Assembly (NCBI GenBank): GCA_963932905.1
Contig: CAWVRN010000006.1
Location: 97,821 to 161,820 of the forward strand
Length of the DNA: 64,000 nucleotides
Reading direction: 5' to 3'
DNA from: an uncultured Bdellovibrio sp.
Lineage (GTDB): Bacteria > Bdellovibrionota > Bdellovibrionia > Bdellovibrionales > Bdellovibrionaceae
In this document: piece by piece, positions 39,531 through 48,721 of the stretch
Position numbering within the stretch: position 1 is the first letter of the stretch
How the letters are laid out: the number at the start of each line of letters is the position of its first letter
Position numbers and translations under genes: made by a program
The notes under the pieces: generated by a model
Database searches by the model: none
Seen by the model: the letters and a program-made list of their open reading frames with translations, nothing else
Told to the model about the DNA's origin: nothing

Positions 39531-40752
39531 AGACATTCATGTCTGCCTGATTAGTCGCCGTTTTCAAATTATGAGTCGGGCTACCGATATGGGCTATATT
39601 TGGTCCATCGCTACGGGCCTTGTCGAACAAGGTTTTCGAGTCACCGTCATTTCTTATTCCAGCCCAATGAATAAATATGAAATCGAACGTGAGGGCGTAA
39701 AAGCCTACTTCCTCAACGATGCCGGCTCACCATTTATCAGAACGTCGTTTGAAGAATCTGTTTATCAAAAGTTTATGGAACTCCACAAAACCAAACCGTT
39801 TGACATCGTACACAGTTTGGATGCTTCGGGTTTAAAAATAGCTAAGAATCGCAAACAAATTAAAGTACGTGTGGCCTTTGACGTCGAAGCGACTCAAATT
39901 TCACAGATTTTCTCTATTATTGGAATGAGCCAAGACACCGTAGGAGGCATTCTGACGACGTTTGCGGCCCTGCTATATAAATTTCTATCTACCTATTTAG
40001 GTAAAGATCGTGAAATCTTGAAAAATGCCGATGCCGTTTTCGTCAATCATCCTCAGCAACGGATTATGCTAGAAAGATATTATTTATATCCAGACTTTCA
40101 CATCTATTCGTTACCATACGGCGTGGAAATTGGAGGTCTTGACCTACGTGAAAAACCCCTGGAGCTGAAAAAGAATCTTGGGCTACCAGAAATTTCACAA
40201 ATTGCCCTAACTCTGTCGGATATGACAGACATGGATGAAATAAAAAACATTCTAAGTTCTTTTGAAAAAGTCGCTCTGAAAAAACCGAATGCTCATTTGA
40301 TTATCGTCGGCAAAGGCCCATTGATGAATCAGATTGAACTTGAAGTTTTGAATCGTGTTCTAGGCAGCCGCGTGATTTTAACAGGGGCACTGAAATCGCA
40401 GGACCTGTTCGATTATATTTCCCTATGCGATATCTTCGTTAATTTAAGTTCGCGAACAACCGGTCTTGAGCCCGCCCAAATTGAAGCCATGTCGCAAAAG
40501 AAATTGATCATTGGGTCCGAGGTCAGTCCACTTTCCAATATAATTGAAGATGGCATGGATGGTTTTTTAATTCGTCCCGCCGATACAGAATCAATGGCCA
40601 ACCTTATTATCGAAATATTTTCGGGGACAATCCCTATTGACGAAATGGGTGAAAAAGCAAGACAAAAAGTCTTGGAAATGTTCGATCGAAGGAAAATGAT
40701 CGGTGGAATATCGAATGCGTACTTAAAAATCTTGGGCGCACGAGCAAATTAG
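39514..40752 (+). CDS. Glycosyltransferase family 4
   Basis: FDIVHS, LIIVGKGP, CDIFVNLS...IEAMS, IIEDGMDGFL. Confidence 0.9.
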   Translation: MKKLSKDIHVCLISRRFQIMSRATDMGYIWSIATGLVEQGFRVTVISYSSPMNKYEIEREGVKAYFLNDAGSPFIRTSFEESVYQKFMELHKTKPFDIVHSLDASGLKIAKNRKQIKVRVAFDVEATQISQIFSIIGMSQDTVGGILTTFAALLYKFLSTYLGKDREILKNADAVFVNHPQQRIMLERYYLYPDFHIYSLPYGVEIGGLDLREKPLELKKNLGLPEISQIALTLSDMTDMDEIKNILSSFEKVALKKPNAHLIIVGKGPLMNQIELEVLNRVLGSRVILTGALKSQDLFDYISLCDIFVNLSSRTTGLEPAQIEAMSQKKLIIGSEVSPLSNIIEDGMDGFLIRPADTESMANLIIEIFSGTIPIDEMGEKARQKVLEMFDRRKMIGGISNAYLKILGARAN

Positions 40753-40844
40753 TCTGTAATGCAGTTAGTCCATTTAGAAAACCCTTTCCCAAGTGAAAAA
40801 AGTTTATATAATCGAGTAGTTAGCGCCATCCAAAAGGATATACA

Positions 40845-41135
40845 ATGCCACTGACAAAATCAGACCTGATCAACAAAATTTCGGAAAAAGCCGGTATCAC
40901 TCGCGTAAAAGCAGAAACCGTAGTTAACACTATTTTTGATACAATGATTGAATCTTTGCTAAGAGACGATCGCATTGAAATCCGCGGCTTCGGATCGTTT
41001 GTAAATAGAAAATACTCTGCCTACAAAGCCAGAAATCCACGCACTCGCCAAATCATCGAAGTGGATGAAAAAAAGATTCCTTTCTTTAAAGTTGGTAAAG
41101 AACTTAAAGAAGACATCAACGAACCTAAAAAATAG
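40845..41135 (+). CDS. HU/IHF family DNA-binding protein
   Basis: TKSDLI, IEIRGFGSF, ARNPRT, PFFKVGKELK. Confidence 0.93.
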   Translation: MPLTKSDLINKISEKAGITRVKAETVVNTIFDTMIESLLRDDRIEIRGFGSFVNRKYSAYKARNPRTRQIIEVDEKKIPFFKVGKELKEDINEPKK

Positions 41136-41157
41136 TTTCGCCTCATTCTTAAAAAAC

Positions 41158-41185
41158 AAAAGGCTTTCCTCGGAAAGCCTTTTTT
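41158..41185. terminator. Bidirectional intrinsic terminator
   Basis: AAAAGGCTTTCC-TC-GGAAAGCCTTTTTT between convergent HU/IHF and adk. Confidence 0.85.
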
Positions 41186-41212
41186 ATTTCTATTCTATTT
41201 TCCTGTCTTAAG

Positions 41213-41875
41213 TTATTTCGCGTCGACAGCTTTGATCAAATCTTGAGTGATCTTAGAAATCTCGCCCACACCCGGAACACGGTGGTATTTAGGTGCTTTT
41301 GGATCACCTTTTTTAGCCCATGACTCATAGTACTCAACAAGAGGTTTAGTTTGCTGATGATATACATCTAAACGTTTTTTCACTGTTTCTTCTTTGTCAT
41401 CATCACGTTGAACTAATGGTTCATCCGTCGCATCGTCAAAGCCTGCTTTTTTCGGTGGATTGAATTCAATATGGTAGGTACGGCCAGATGCTAAATGAAC
41501 ACGACGACCACTCATGCGTTTGATAATTTCTGCATCAGGAACTGTAATTTCGATAACGTGATCGATTTTAATACCTGCATTTTTAACGGCTTCCGCTTGA
41601 GGCAGTGTTCTTGGGAAACCATCGAACAAGAAACCATTTTTACATTCTGGAGATTGAATTTTCTTTTGAACGATTTCAATAATGATGTCATCAGAAACCA
41701 AGGCACCTGAATCAACGATGGCTTTAAGCTTTTTACCCAAATCACTTTGAGCTTTAATTTCTGCACGTAAAATCTCGCCAGTAGAAATCTGAGGGATATT
41801 AAATTTATCCTTCAAAACCTGAGCTTGCGTTCCTTTACCTGCACCGGGAGGCCCCAACAAAATAATCTTCACCAC
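41213..41875 (-). CDS. adk: Adenylate kinase (long LID, non-Zn type)
   Basis: [39 protein letters not shown]. Confidence 0.96.
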   Translation of the reverse strand: MVKIILLGPPGAGKGTQAQVLKDKFNIPQISTGEILRAEIKAQSDLGKKLKAIVDSGALVSDDIIIEIVQKKIQSPECKNGFLFDGFPRTLPQAEAVKNAGIKIDHVIEITVPDAEIIKRMSGRRVHLASGRTYHIEFNPPKKAGFDDATDEPLVQRDDDKEETVKKRLDVYHQQTKPLVEYYESWAKKGDPKAPKYHRVPGVGEISKITQDLIKAVDAK

Positions 41876-41970
41876 ATACCTGCCTATTAGTTTTTAAAAG
41901 TCCGACCTACGAAGTAATTCCTTTTCTGTAAGCCTGTCAAGAACCTCGTAAAAAAAGGGGGACAATGCCC

Positions 41971-42381
41971 CTATTTTCTATCCGCCGTAACCTTGATTTC
42001 TAGAGTATTCCCTTCAGAATTGCCAACCTGAATAGACGCTTCTTCCCCCGGCTTAACAATGATTCTAGGAGCCGATTTAAATGTATGCCCCTCTTTCGTA
42101 TATTCCAATGATGTATTCAATTCGATGGCATTCGGGCCAGCTTGAGGAAGCGTAGACTCGGACGCTGTAACCTGCCAATCCAATTTCGACTCTTCATCCC
42201 CGATCTGAATCGAAGCTTTCTGATTCATTAAAGCCAAAACCTGGGGTCGCGACAAAAGTTTCCCATTGTAAAAAATCTCGGCCTTAACCAATATCGTCTG
42301 CTCATTTTTGGTAGCCGCAAAAGCAAAATTGAAAGAGCTAACAGTCAAAATAGAAAAAATAACCAATAACGTTTTTCTCAT
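41971..42381 (-). CDS. Small secreted protein with two secretin-like beta motifs
   Basis: Signal peptide; SRPQVLALMNQKASIQIG and SAPRIIVKPGEEASIQVG; GAGGA RBS before ATG 42381. Confidence 0.7.
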   Translation of the reverse strand: MRKTLLVIFSILTVSSFNFAFAATKNEQTILVKAEIFYNGKLLSRPQVLALMNQKASIQIGDEESKLDWQVTASESTLPQAGPNAIELNTSLEYTKEGHTFKSAPRIIVKPGEEASIQVGNSEGNTLEIKVTADRK

Positions 42382-42623
42382 AAAATCCTCCGAAGAAAAG
42401 TTAAGTTTCACAAAGTAAACATACCCAATTCAAAATAGTAAAAGTAGAAATTGTTACAAAAACTAGACTCAAAAAAGCCTGTGACCACAGCGGAAAACGG
42501 TATGACAGCCTAGTCATATGCGCTCAATTTGCCGCCGTCCCTTTCTTTTTTTCACCCTCACTCCCTTTCAAGACAAAACAATAACTCCCCACGCGGAACG
42601 GAACTTGTAATACACCCCGATGG

Positions 42624-43310
42624 GTGGTGTTTATGGGTTTGGGGTCTCGGAAATATATTTTTTTCCTGTTCTTCTATTTGACAAGCTGTTTTTCACGTAG
42701 CCAAAACGCTAGCGTGAAGCAAGCTTACAGTTCAAATTACTATTGCGAAGAATTCAGCGCGCAACCTCCGCCAAATCGGAATTGGCGTAAATTTGTTATG
42801 ACGGAATTGACGCCTGAAAAATACCCTTTATTTTTTGATCCAAAAGCAAATAGTGACTTGGTAAAATTCTGTCCGAATTTTCCAAATATGAATGAAGATG
42901 AAAAGAAAATTATCCTTCTTCGCATTATCGATGGGATGGTATTTTTTGAAAGCACCTGCAATGTAGGGGCGTCGGGCGCCGGTCCAAACGGTACAGCATA
43001 TGGTTTACTGCAACTGCATTTAGGTCGTGAACAAGATTACGAACGTAATTGTCGAAAGTATGACTCTAAATCAAGTAATCGATCACTAGCGTGTGGTTTG
43101 AATATGATCCACAACCAGGTCGAAGATAATAACAAAGTCTTTTTTGAAGGCTCTTACTGGGAAGTTCTGCGACCGAAAGGTCGCTCTCAGAGAGCCAAAA
43201 CAATTGCGAGTCATATTTGGTACTACCCACTTTGCCAGGGCAAAAAAGAAAACGGCTCCAAATCGCCCGGCAAGAGTCTTGGTGCCGGTTTGATTGAAGC
43301 CGCTAAGTAG
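42624..43310 (+). CDS. Lytic transglycosylase (SLT-like) family protein, probable lipoprotein
   Basis: Catalytic ES motif (FFESTCN), YGLLQL, hydrophobic N-terminus ending LTSC. Confidence 0.7.
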   Translation: MVFMGLGSRKYIFFLFFYLTSCFSRSQNASVKQAYSSNYYCEEFSAQPPPNRNWRKFVMTELTPEKYPLFFDPKANSDLVKFCPNFPNMNEDEKKIILLRIIDGMVFFESTCNVGASGAGPNGTAYGLLQLHLGREQDYERNCRKYDSKSSNRSLACGLNMIHNQVEDNNKVFFEGSYWEVLRPKGRSQRAKTIASHIWYYPLCQGKKENGSKSPGKSLGAGLIEAAK

Positions 43311-43338
43311 GTTTGCATTATAAAAAAAGCGATTCTTA

Positions 43339-43959
43339 TTACGTATCGCCTTCTGTTCCAACTACTTTATTTCCATTGATAGTATTCGTGCAATTCGCAT
43401 CGTTTTTGTCATAGAATTTATAATCTTGAGTGCATGGATCATATTTATCTCGAGCCCACTCTTCACCTTGCCATAAATCACGGATGAAATAAATTTTTGA
43501 TGGCATCAACTGCTCGAAATGAGCAAATTTAGGACTTAACATTTCCAGAGCTTCTTCTTTAGATTTGTTCATATAAAGCATTTCGTAGATCGCAGCCGCT
43601 TCACCTGTTCTATCGACACCGGCACGGCAGTGGATTAGAATTGGACGCTGAGCTGTTTCGTAAGTATCAAGAAGTTTAAGCAAATCATTTTTATGGGGAA
43701 GACGTTTTGCACTCATGGCAATGTTAACTAGTTTAACATTGTACTTTTTTAATACGCGCTCTTCATTATCGTACCAAGCATTACCTGTACCTTCACCACG
43801 CAAATTGATCACGGTTTTAATGCCATTTTCATTGATGTATTTTTCTAAATCTTGTTCTGTCGGTTGAGGAGCACGATACAATCGTCCCGGGTCAACTTCG
43901 TAAAAGCGACATGAAATTAACAACAGTGGCAAAGATAAAAGAAGCAAAAACTTTTTCAT
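43339..43959 (-). CDS. Protein-tyrosine/dual-specificity phosphatase family lipoprotein
   Basis: LYRAPQP, TVINLRG, P-loop HCRAGVDRTG; lipobox LISC; ATG 43959. Confidence 0.88.
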   Translation of the reverse strand: MKKFLLLLSLPLLLISCRFYEVDPGRLYRAPQPTEQDLEKYINENGIKTVINLRGEGTGNAWYDNEERVLKKYNVKLVNIAMSAKRLPHKNDLLKLLDTYETAQRPILIHCRAGVDRTGEAAAIYEMLYMNKSKEEALEMLSPKFAHFEQLMPSKIYFIRDLWQGEEWARDKYDPCTQDYKFYDKNDANCTNTINGNKVVGTEGDT

Positions 43960-44041
43960 AAAATCCTTTTTAAAATATTCATTAATTACGACCATTCTAG
44001 AAACAGGACAGATCAGAGAGCAATCACTTTTTTTTACGATT

Positions 44042-45301
44042 TTAGAACCACCTTAAATTGGTAATGTCAGACACTTGAAACAAAGCCATAAATAGACGCT
44101 CTAGACCGACTGAAATGCCCGCCGTCGGAGGCAATCCTTGCCTTAGGCATTCTAAAAACTCGACGTCAGCGGGCAATGGCTCCAGCCCATTAGCTTTTTT
44201 CTTTAAATTGTCATCAAGCAGACGGGCTTCTTGAATATCGGGATCATTTAACTCATTAAACGCATTCCCCAATTCCAATCCCTGCCAATACACTTCAAAT
44301 CGTTGCGCCCATCCATCTGAATCCAGTTTGGCTAAGGCAGCCGCGTAGGGTGGATATTGATTTAGAAAAACAACGTGGTCGGGATTGATATTAGTTTCAA
44401 TCATTTCTAAATTAATCAACGTAAAAAGATCATCTAACGACATGGTTTCAGAAAAATAAATATTTTGTTCTTGTAGCCATGTTTTGAGCACGCCTGCCTT
44501 AGTATCAGGGGCAAACGGATAATTATATTTCTTTTTCAAAATCTGAGCGAACGATGTGGTTTCAAAAACTGGCTTTTTGCCTTTGATATCTAGAAATTTC
44601 TTTAAAAAGAGAATCAATTCTTTCACATCATTTGCAATATCGGACAAATCGCAGAAAGGACGATACCATTCGATCATCCAAAACTCGGGTTTATGTTTTG
44701 GCGAATGCTCATTATTGCGAAAAACTTTGGTGATCTCGTAAACTGGCGACAGCGTCTGCGATACTATTTTCTTTAAATGCAGCTCGGGACTGGTTATCAA
44801 AAATTTATCCGAGACATTTTTCCCCTGCTTGTAGCCCGTTTTAAAAACATCGATGGTAGGTTCTGGGCCGGGGTTATTTACCAACGTTGGTGTTCCCACC
44901 GCTAAAAAACCTTTTTCGGTGAAAAACTGATTTATGCCTATCAAAAACCGATTCCATTGATCTTGGCGTTGTGCGCGCTGGTATATCGATTGAGCTTGCT
45001 GGGTTTGGTAGACTTGTTTGTTCGATGGACACCATGGAGTTAAAAGTAACGCCTGTCCATTTTTTTGAACTCCAATAATATCGCCTTCGACAAGCACGAC
45101 TTCCAGTTGCGGCCAATTCTTGATTGCTCTCTTTAAAATACGTTTATACGAATTTTTCTGAGTTTTACTGGCCACAAATAACGTCAAAGACGTTTTATCC
45201 GATTTCACCAAACGCCCGGCCAATTTCAAATTGCGCACACTAGGATATTTAACCCAGTCAGTTTTTAAAAAATGATCACGAACGAGTTGTTTTTCTGTCA
45301 T
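44042..45301 (-). CDS. epmA: EF-P beta-lysine ligase EpmA/GenX
   Basis: LITSPELHLKK, FRNNE, HKPEFWMIEWYR, RFEVYWQGLELGNAFNEL, GLERL. Confidence 0.9.
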   Translation of the reverse strand: MTEKQLVRDHFLKTDWVKYPSVRNLKLAGRLVKSDKTSLTLFVASKTQKNSYKRILKRAIKNWPQLEVVLVEGDIIGVQKNGQALLLTPWCPSNKQVYQTQQAQSIYQRAQRQDQWNRFLIGINQFFTEKGFLAVGTPTLVNNPGPEPTIDVFKTGYKQGKNVSDKFLITSPELHLKKIVSQTLSPVYEITKVFRNNEHSPKHKPEFWMIEWYRPFCDLSDIANDVKELILFLKKFLDIKGKKPVFETTSFAQILKKKYNYPFAPDTKAGVLKTWLQEQNIYFSETMSLDDLFTLINLEMIETNINPDHVVFLNQYPPYAAALAKLDSDGWAQRFEVYWQGLELGNAFNELNDPDIQEARLLDDNLKKKANGLEPLPADVEFLECLRQGLPPTAGISVGLERLFMALFQVSDITNLRWF

Positions 45302-45439
45302 CTCAAGTGTTCTTGTACCCAGAATTAGGCGACAAATCAACGCTCAGAAATATCTAAAATTTTACGCAGTGTTTTTCTAGAGTTTCCGTTAGCTTTGCCT
45401 GTCAAATTGGTCTAATTTAGCAGCCAGTTTACAGATCCA

Positions 45440-46885
45440 TTGATTTTCGAGGGGTGTACATTGTCTCAAGGTTCGCAAGCAACTCGCATTAGAAATTTTA
45501 TCGCCCAATATAAAAATGAAGTTGAATTTTTAGGGATCAAATACGTCACCGAAAAAACGACTTACTTGGCGGTTCGAAATGAACTCTCGGAAGGTATTAA
45601 CACTCAGATCGATTCTGGTGTGCGTATTGAAGTCATGTTCAACCAACACATTGGCTATGCTTCAACTACCGATTTGTCGGATGAAGGACTCCTTCGCGCG
45701 TTTAATTTTGCCAAAACCCAAACGAAACACCTAAGCACCCAAAAAGCGTATCCGTTCCCACATTCCATCCGCGCCAAGTCCGAAGGAACCTATCGTTCAC
45801 AAATTCAAAAGCCCTTGGACACTCTGTCACTCTTTGAAATTCAAACTGTCCTTAGAGACTGTACTGCACGGATGAAAGAATCAGCGTTGATATTCTTCCG
45901 TTCAGCCAGTGCTTCCATTGTCGAAACAGAAGAAGTGAAATGGGATTCTCTGGGGTCCGAATGGATTCAAAATTTTTCAATCGTAAATTTAGATTTGTCA
46001 GTCCGCGCACAAGATCAAGGCGATATTCAAACACGGTCACACAATTTGTGTTTGCAGATTGGCGCTGAAATTTTCTTGCGAAGTTTATTATTTCCACTCA
46101 CTGATCAAATTACTCGTGAAGTTCTTGAATTGATTCAGGCACCGCCATGTCCTACTGATGTACGCGACTTGTTAGTTTCCCCTGACCAAATGGCATTGCA
46201 AATTCACGAAACAGTTGGCCATCCTTTGGAAATCGATCGTATTTTAGGTGACGAGCGTAACTATGCCGGTTGGTCATTCGTAAACATGTCCGACTTTGGA
46301 CACCTGAAATATGGTGGGTCAAAAATGAATATCACGTTCGAACCTGATCGTTTTTCCGAACTCGCTTCGTATAAATTTGATGATTCTGGCTTGAAAGGTG
46401 AAAAACAGTATTTAATCAAAAATGGTATCTTGATGCGTGGCCTTGGCAGCTTGGAGTCGGCCGAGCGTGGGCAAACTATGCCTGTAGCCAATTCTAGATC
46501 CAGTTCATGGAACCGACCACCTATCGATCGTATGGCCAATTTGAATTTAGAAAGTGGCAGTAAAAAATTAACCGATATTATCGCCGGTGTCGAAAAGGGT
46601 ATTTGGGTGTCAACAAACCGTTCTTGGTCGATCGATGATTACCGCCGCAAGTTTCAGTTTGGTTGCGAGTATGGTGTTATGATTGAAGATGGCCAAATGA
46701 AACAGGTCGTTAAAAATCCTAACTATCATGGCGTCAGCGTCCCATTCTGGAATAAATTAACAGAAATCAGCAATGAAGCTGGTGTCTATGGATCTTATTA
46801 CTGTGGCAAAGGTGAGCCAAATCAATTGATCCGAGTTGGTCACACCTCACCCTACTGTTTGTTTAAAGACGTCGAGATATTTTAA
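45440..46885 (+). CDS. tldD: TldD metalloprotease
   Basis: HETVGH Zn motif; C-terminal CGKG. Confidence 0.9.
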   Translation: MIFEGCTLSQGSQATRIRNFIAQYKNEVEFLGIKYVTEKTTYLAVRNELSEGINTQIDSGVRIEVMFNQHIGYASTTDLSDEGLLRAFNFAKTQTKHLSTQKAYPFPHSIRAKSEGTYRSQIQKPLDTLSLFEIQTVLRDCTARMKESALIFFRSASASIVETEEVKWDSLGSEWIQNFSIVNLDLSVRAQDQGDIQTRSHNLCLQIGAEIFLRSLLFPLTDQITREVLELIQAPPCPTDVRDLLVSPDQMALQIHETVGHPLEIDRILGDERNYAGWSFVNMSDFGHLKYGGSKMNITFEPDRFSELASYKFDDSGLKGEKQYLIKNGILMRGLGSLESAERGQTMPVANSRSSSWNRPPIDRMANLNLESGSKKLTDIIAGVEKGIWVSTNRSWSIDDYRRKFQFGCEYGVMIEDGQMKQVVKNPNYHGVSVPFWNKLTEISNEAGVYGSYYCGKGEPNQLIRVGHTSPYCLFKDVEIF

Positions 46886-46893
46886 GAGGATCC

Positions 46894-48234
46894 ATGAAAA
46901 ACGTTTACATTGAAAAAATATTAAAAAGCTATCATCACTGTGCCGACTGGGTTTTTCGAAATATTCCATCAGGTGCCGCCGCTACTTGCGCCTTGGACGC
47001 AGAAAGTTCGTTCTTTGTCAGGTACAACAATCATCGCGTTCGCCAAAATTCTCAAGTAGAACAAGCCCTCGCCAAAGTTATGATTACTTGGAAGCAGAAA
47101 TCATATCGCTTTAGTTTCTCGTTAACGGGTGACGTGGATGAAGATTTGAAAAAATTAAAAGTCCCCTTTTTGAAAACACTCAACGACTGGGACAAACTAC
47201 TATCGGAAAACGTAGAATTCAAAACAGCGCCGTCACAAACGTCATCCCATTATCTTTGGAGTGAATATGACTCGAACTCCATTTTAGAGTTTATTTCTAA
47301 AGCTACAGCCCAAGTTGATTTCACTGGGCTTGTCACGCTAGGCCCGGTGCTGACCTGCGTACGCAATTCAAACGGTGTCAATCATGAGTTTTTAACTGAA
47401 CTTATTACGGTGGATTATTCACTGTACGACGGCCCCCGTGCGGTCAAAGGGATATATTCATCTCGCACTTGGAAAGCTGAAGACTTTACAGAACAGCTAA
47501 AGCATAGCCAGTTGTTACTTGAAATGATGAAGAAACCTAAAGTCGAATTAACTCCCGGTAACTATCGAGTCTATCTGGGGCCTGGCGCCGTTTCAGAAAT
47601 GGCACAAATGTTAAACTGGGGTGCCGTTAGTCAGCGGTCTTATCGTTTAGGCCGCAATCCATTGAAACGACTGATTGAAAATGAATCTCAGTTTTCTCCT
47701 CGATTTTCTGTTTCTGAAGATTTCTCGCTGGGCTTGGGACCACAGTTTAACAGTTTAGGTGAAAAAGCAGCCACTCAAATGCCGGTGATTGAAAACGGCC
47801 AGCTTAAGAATTTATTCACTTCCACCAAAAGCGCCGTTGAATTTGGCGTCGAAAGCAACCTGGCGGACGAAGATGAGGGCTTTCGCTCTATGAGTATTGA
47901 CACAGGCGAGCTCAAACGGGACAGCATTTTATCAGCTTTAGATACCGGCATTTTTATTTCTAACTTACACTATTTAAACTGGTCCAACCCCATGGACGCT
48001 CGAATTACAGGCATGACTCGCTATGCCTGTTTTTGGGTGGAAAAAGGCCAAATTCAAGGTCCTATCGCGGACTTGCGCTTTGATGATACTCTATTTGATC
48101 TTTGGGGAGACGAACTGGAAGCCGTTACCGATTTTGCGGAACTTGAGCCACAAACGACGACCTATTTCCAAAGACATTTAGGTGGCAAAAGAGTACCGGG
48201 TATGTTAATTAAAAAAATGAAATTTACCTTATAA
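46894..48234 (+). CDS. tldE: TldE/PmbA family partner subunit
   Basis: PGNYRVYLGP, ITGMTR, FWVEKGQI; lacks HExxxH; follows tldD. Confidence 0.85.
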   Translation: MKNVYIEKILKSYHHCADWVFRNIPSGAAATCALDAESSFFVRYNNHRVRQNSQVEQALAKVMITWKQKSYRFSFSLTGDVDEDLKKLKVPFLKTLNDWDKLLSENVEFKTAPSQTSSHYLWSEYDSNSILEFISKATAQVDFTGLVTLGPVLTCVRNSNGVNHEFLTELITVDYSLYDGPRAVKGIYSSRTWKAEDFTEQLKHSQLLLEMMKKPKVELTPGNYRVYLGPGAVSEMAQMLNWGAVSQRSYRLGRNPLKRLIENESQFSPRFSVSEDFSLGLGPQFNSLGEKAATQMPVIENGQLKNLFTSTKSAVEFGVESNLADEDEGFRSMSIDTGELKRDSILSALDTGIFISNLHYLNWSNPMDARITGMTRYACFWVEKGQIQGPIADLRFDDTLFDLWGDELEAVTDFAELEPQTTTYFQRHLGGKRVPGMLIKKMKFTL

Positions 48235-48269
48235 AAACACGTTCTTAAACCTTAATCCAAGGAGTCACT

Positions 48270-48704
48270 ATGGAATCATGGTTACAAAGTATGAAGACAA
48301 AACTATCTCAGCAAATTAGTAAAAATGCCCAGGTTAAAAAAATGGTTGGGGAATTGAATCACCTTAACAAAGAATTCGCAGCGAAGAAAAATCAAATCAA
48401 CAGTTTCATCAATATTGAAAAAGATAAAACAGTGAAACAAGCGCAAACAAAATATAATGCGTTAATGAAACAAATCAACCAAACGCAAAAGCAATTGGAC
48501 AAAGATGTTCGCAAAACTGTAGCGCAAATTAAAAAATCGGCGTGGGACATCGAAAAAAATCTTGAGAGTTACAAAGACAAATTGATGGCTCAGAAAAACA
48601 AAGTAGAAAAGAAATTTTCTGCCATGAGCAAAAAGACATCTAAAAAGACGGCCAAGAAAACGACAGCCAAAAAAGCTCGCAGAACAACAGCAAAATCGGT
48701 TTAA
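48270..48704 (+). CDS. Coiled-coil protein with histone-H1-like Lys/Ala/Thr tail
   Basis: Helical K/Q/E-rich body; tail [31 protein letters not shown]. Confidence 0.75.
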   Translation: MESWLQSMKTKLSQQISKNAQVKKMVGELNHLNKEFAAKKNQINSFINIEKDKTVKQAQTKYNALMKQINQTQKQLDKDVRKTVAQIKKSAWDIEKNLESYKDKLMAQKNKVEKKFSAMSKKTSKKTAKKTTAKKARRTTAKSV

Positions 48705-48721
48705 CGAAGGACTTAAGCGGA

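Noticed and set aside
42470..42540. c-di-GMP-I (GEMM) riboswitch
   Set aside because: Only a partial resemblance (TATGACAGCC); no correctly ordered GGCAAA-P2-GACGCAAAGC core.
45440..48234. RiPP biosynthetic cluster around tldDE
   Set aside because: No precursor peptide, YcaO, radical SAM or exporter nearby.
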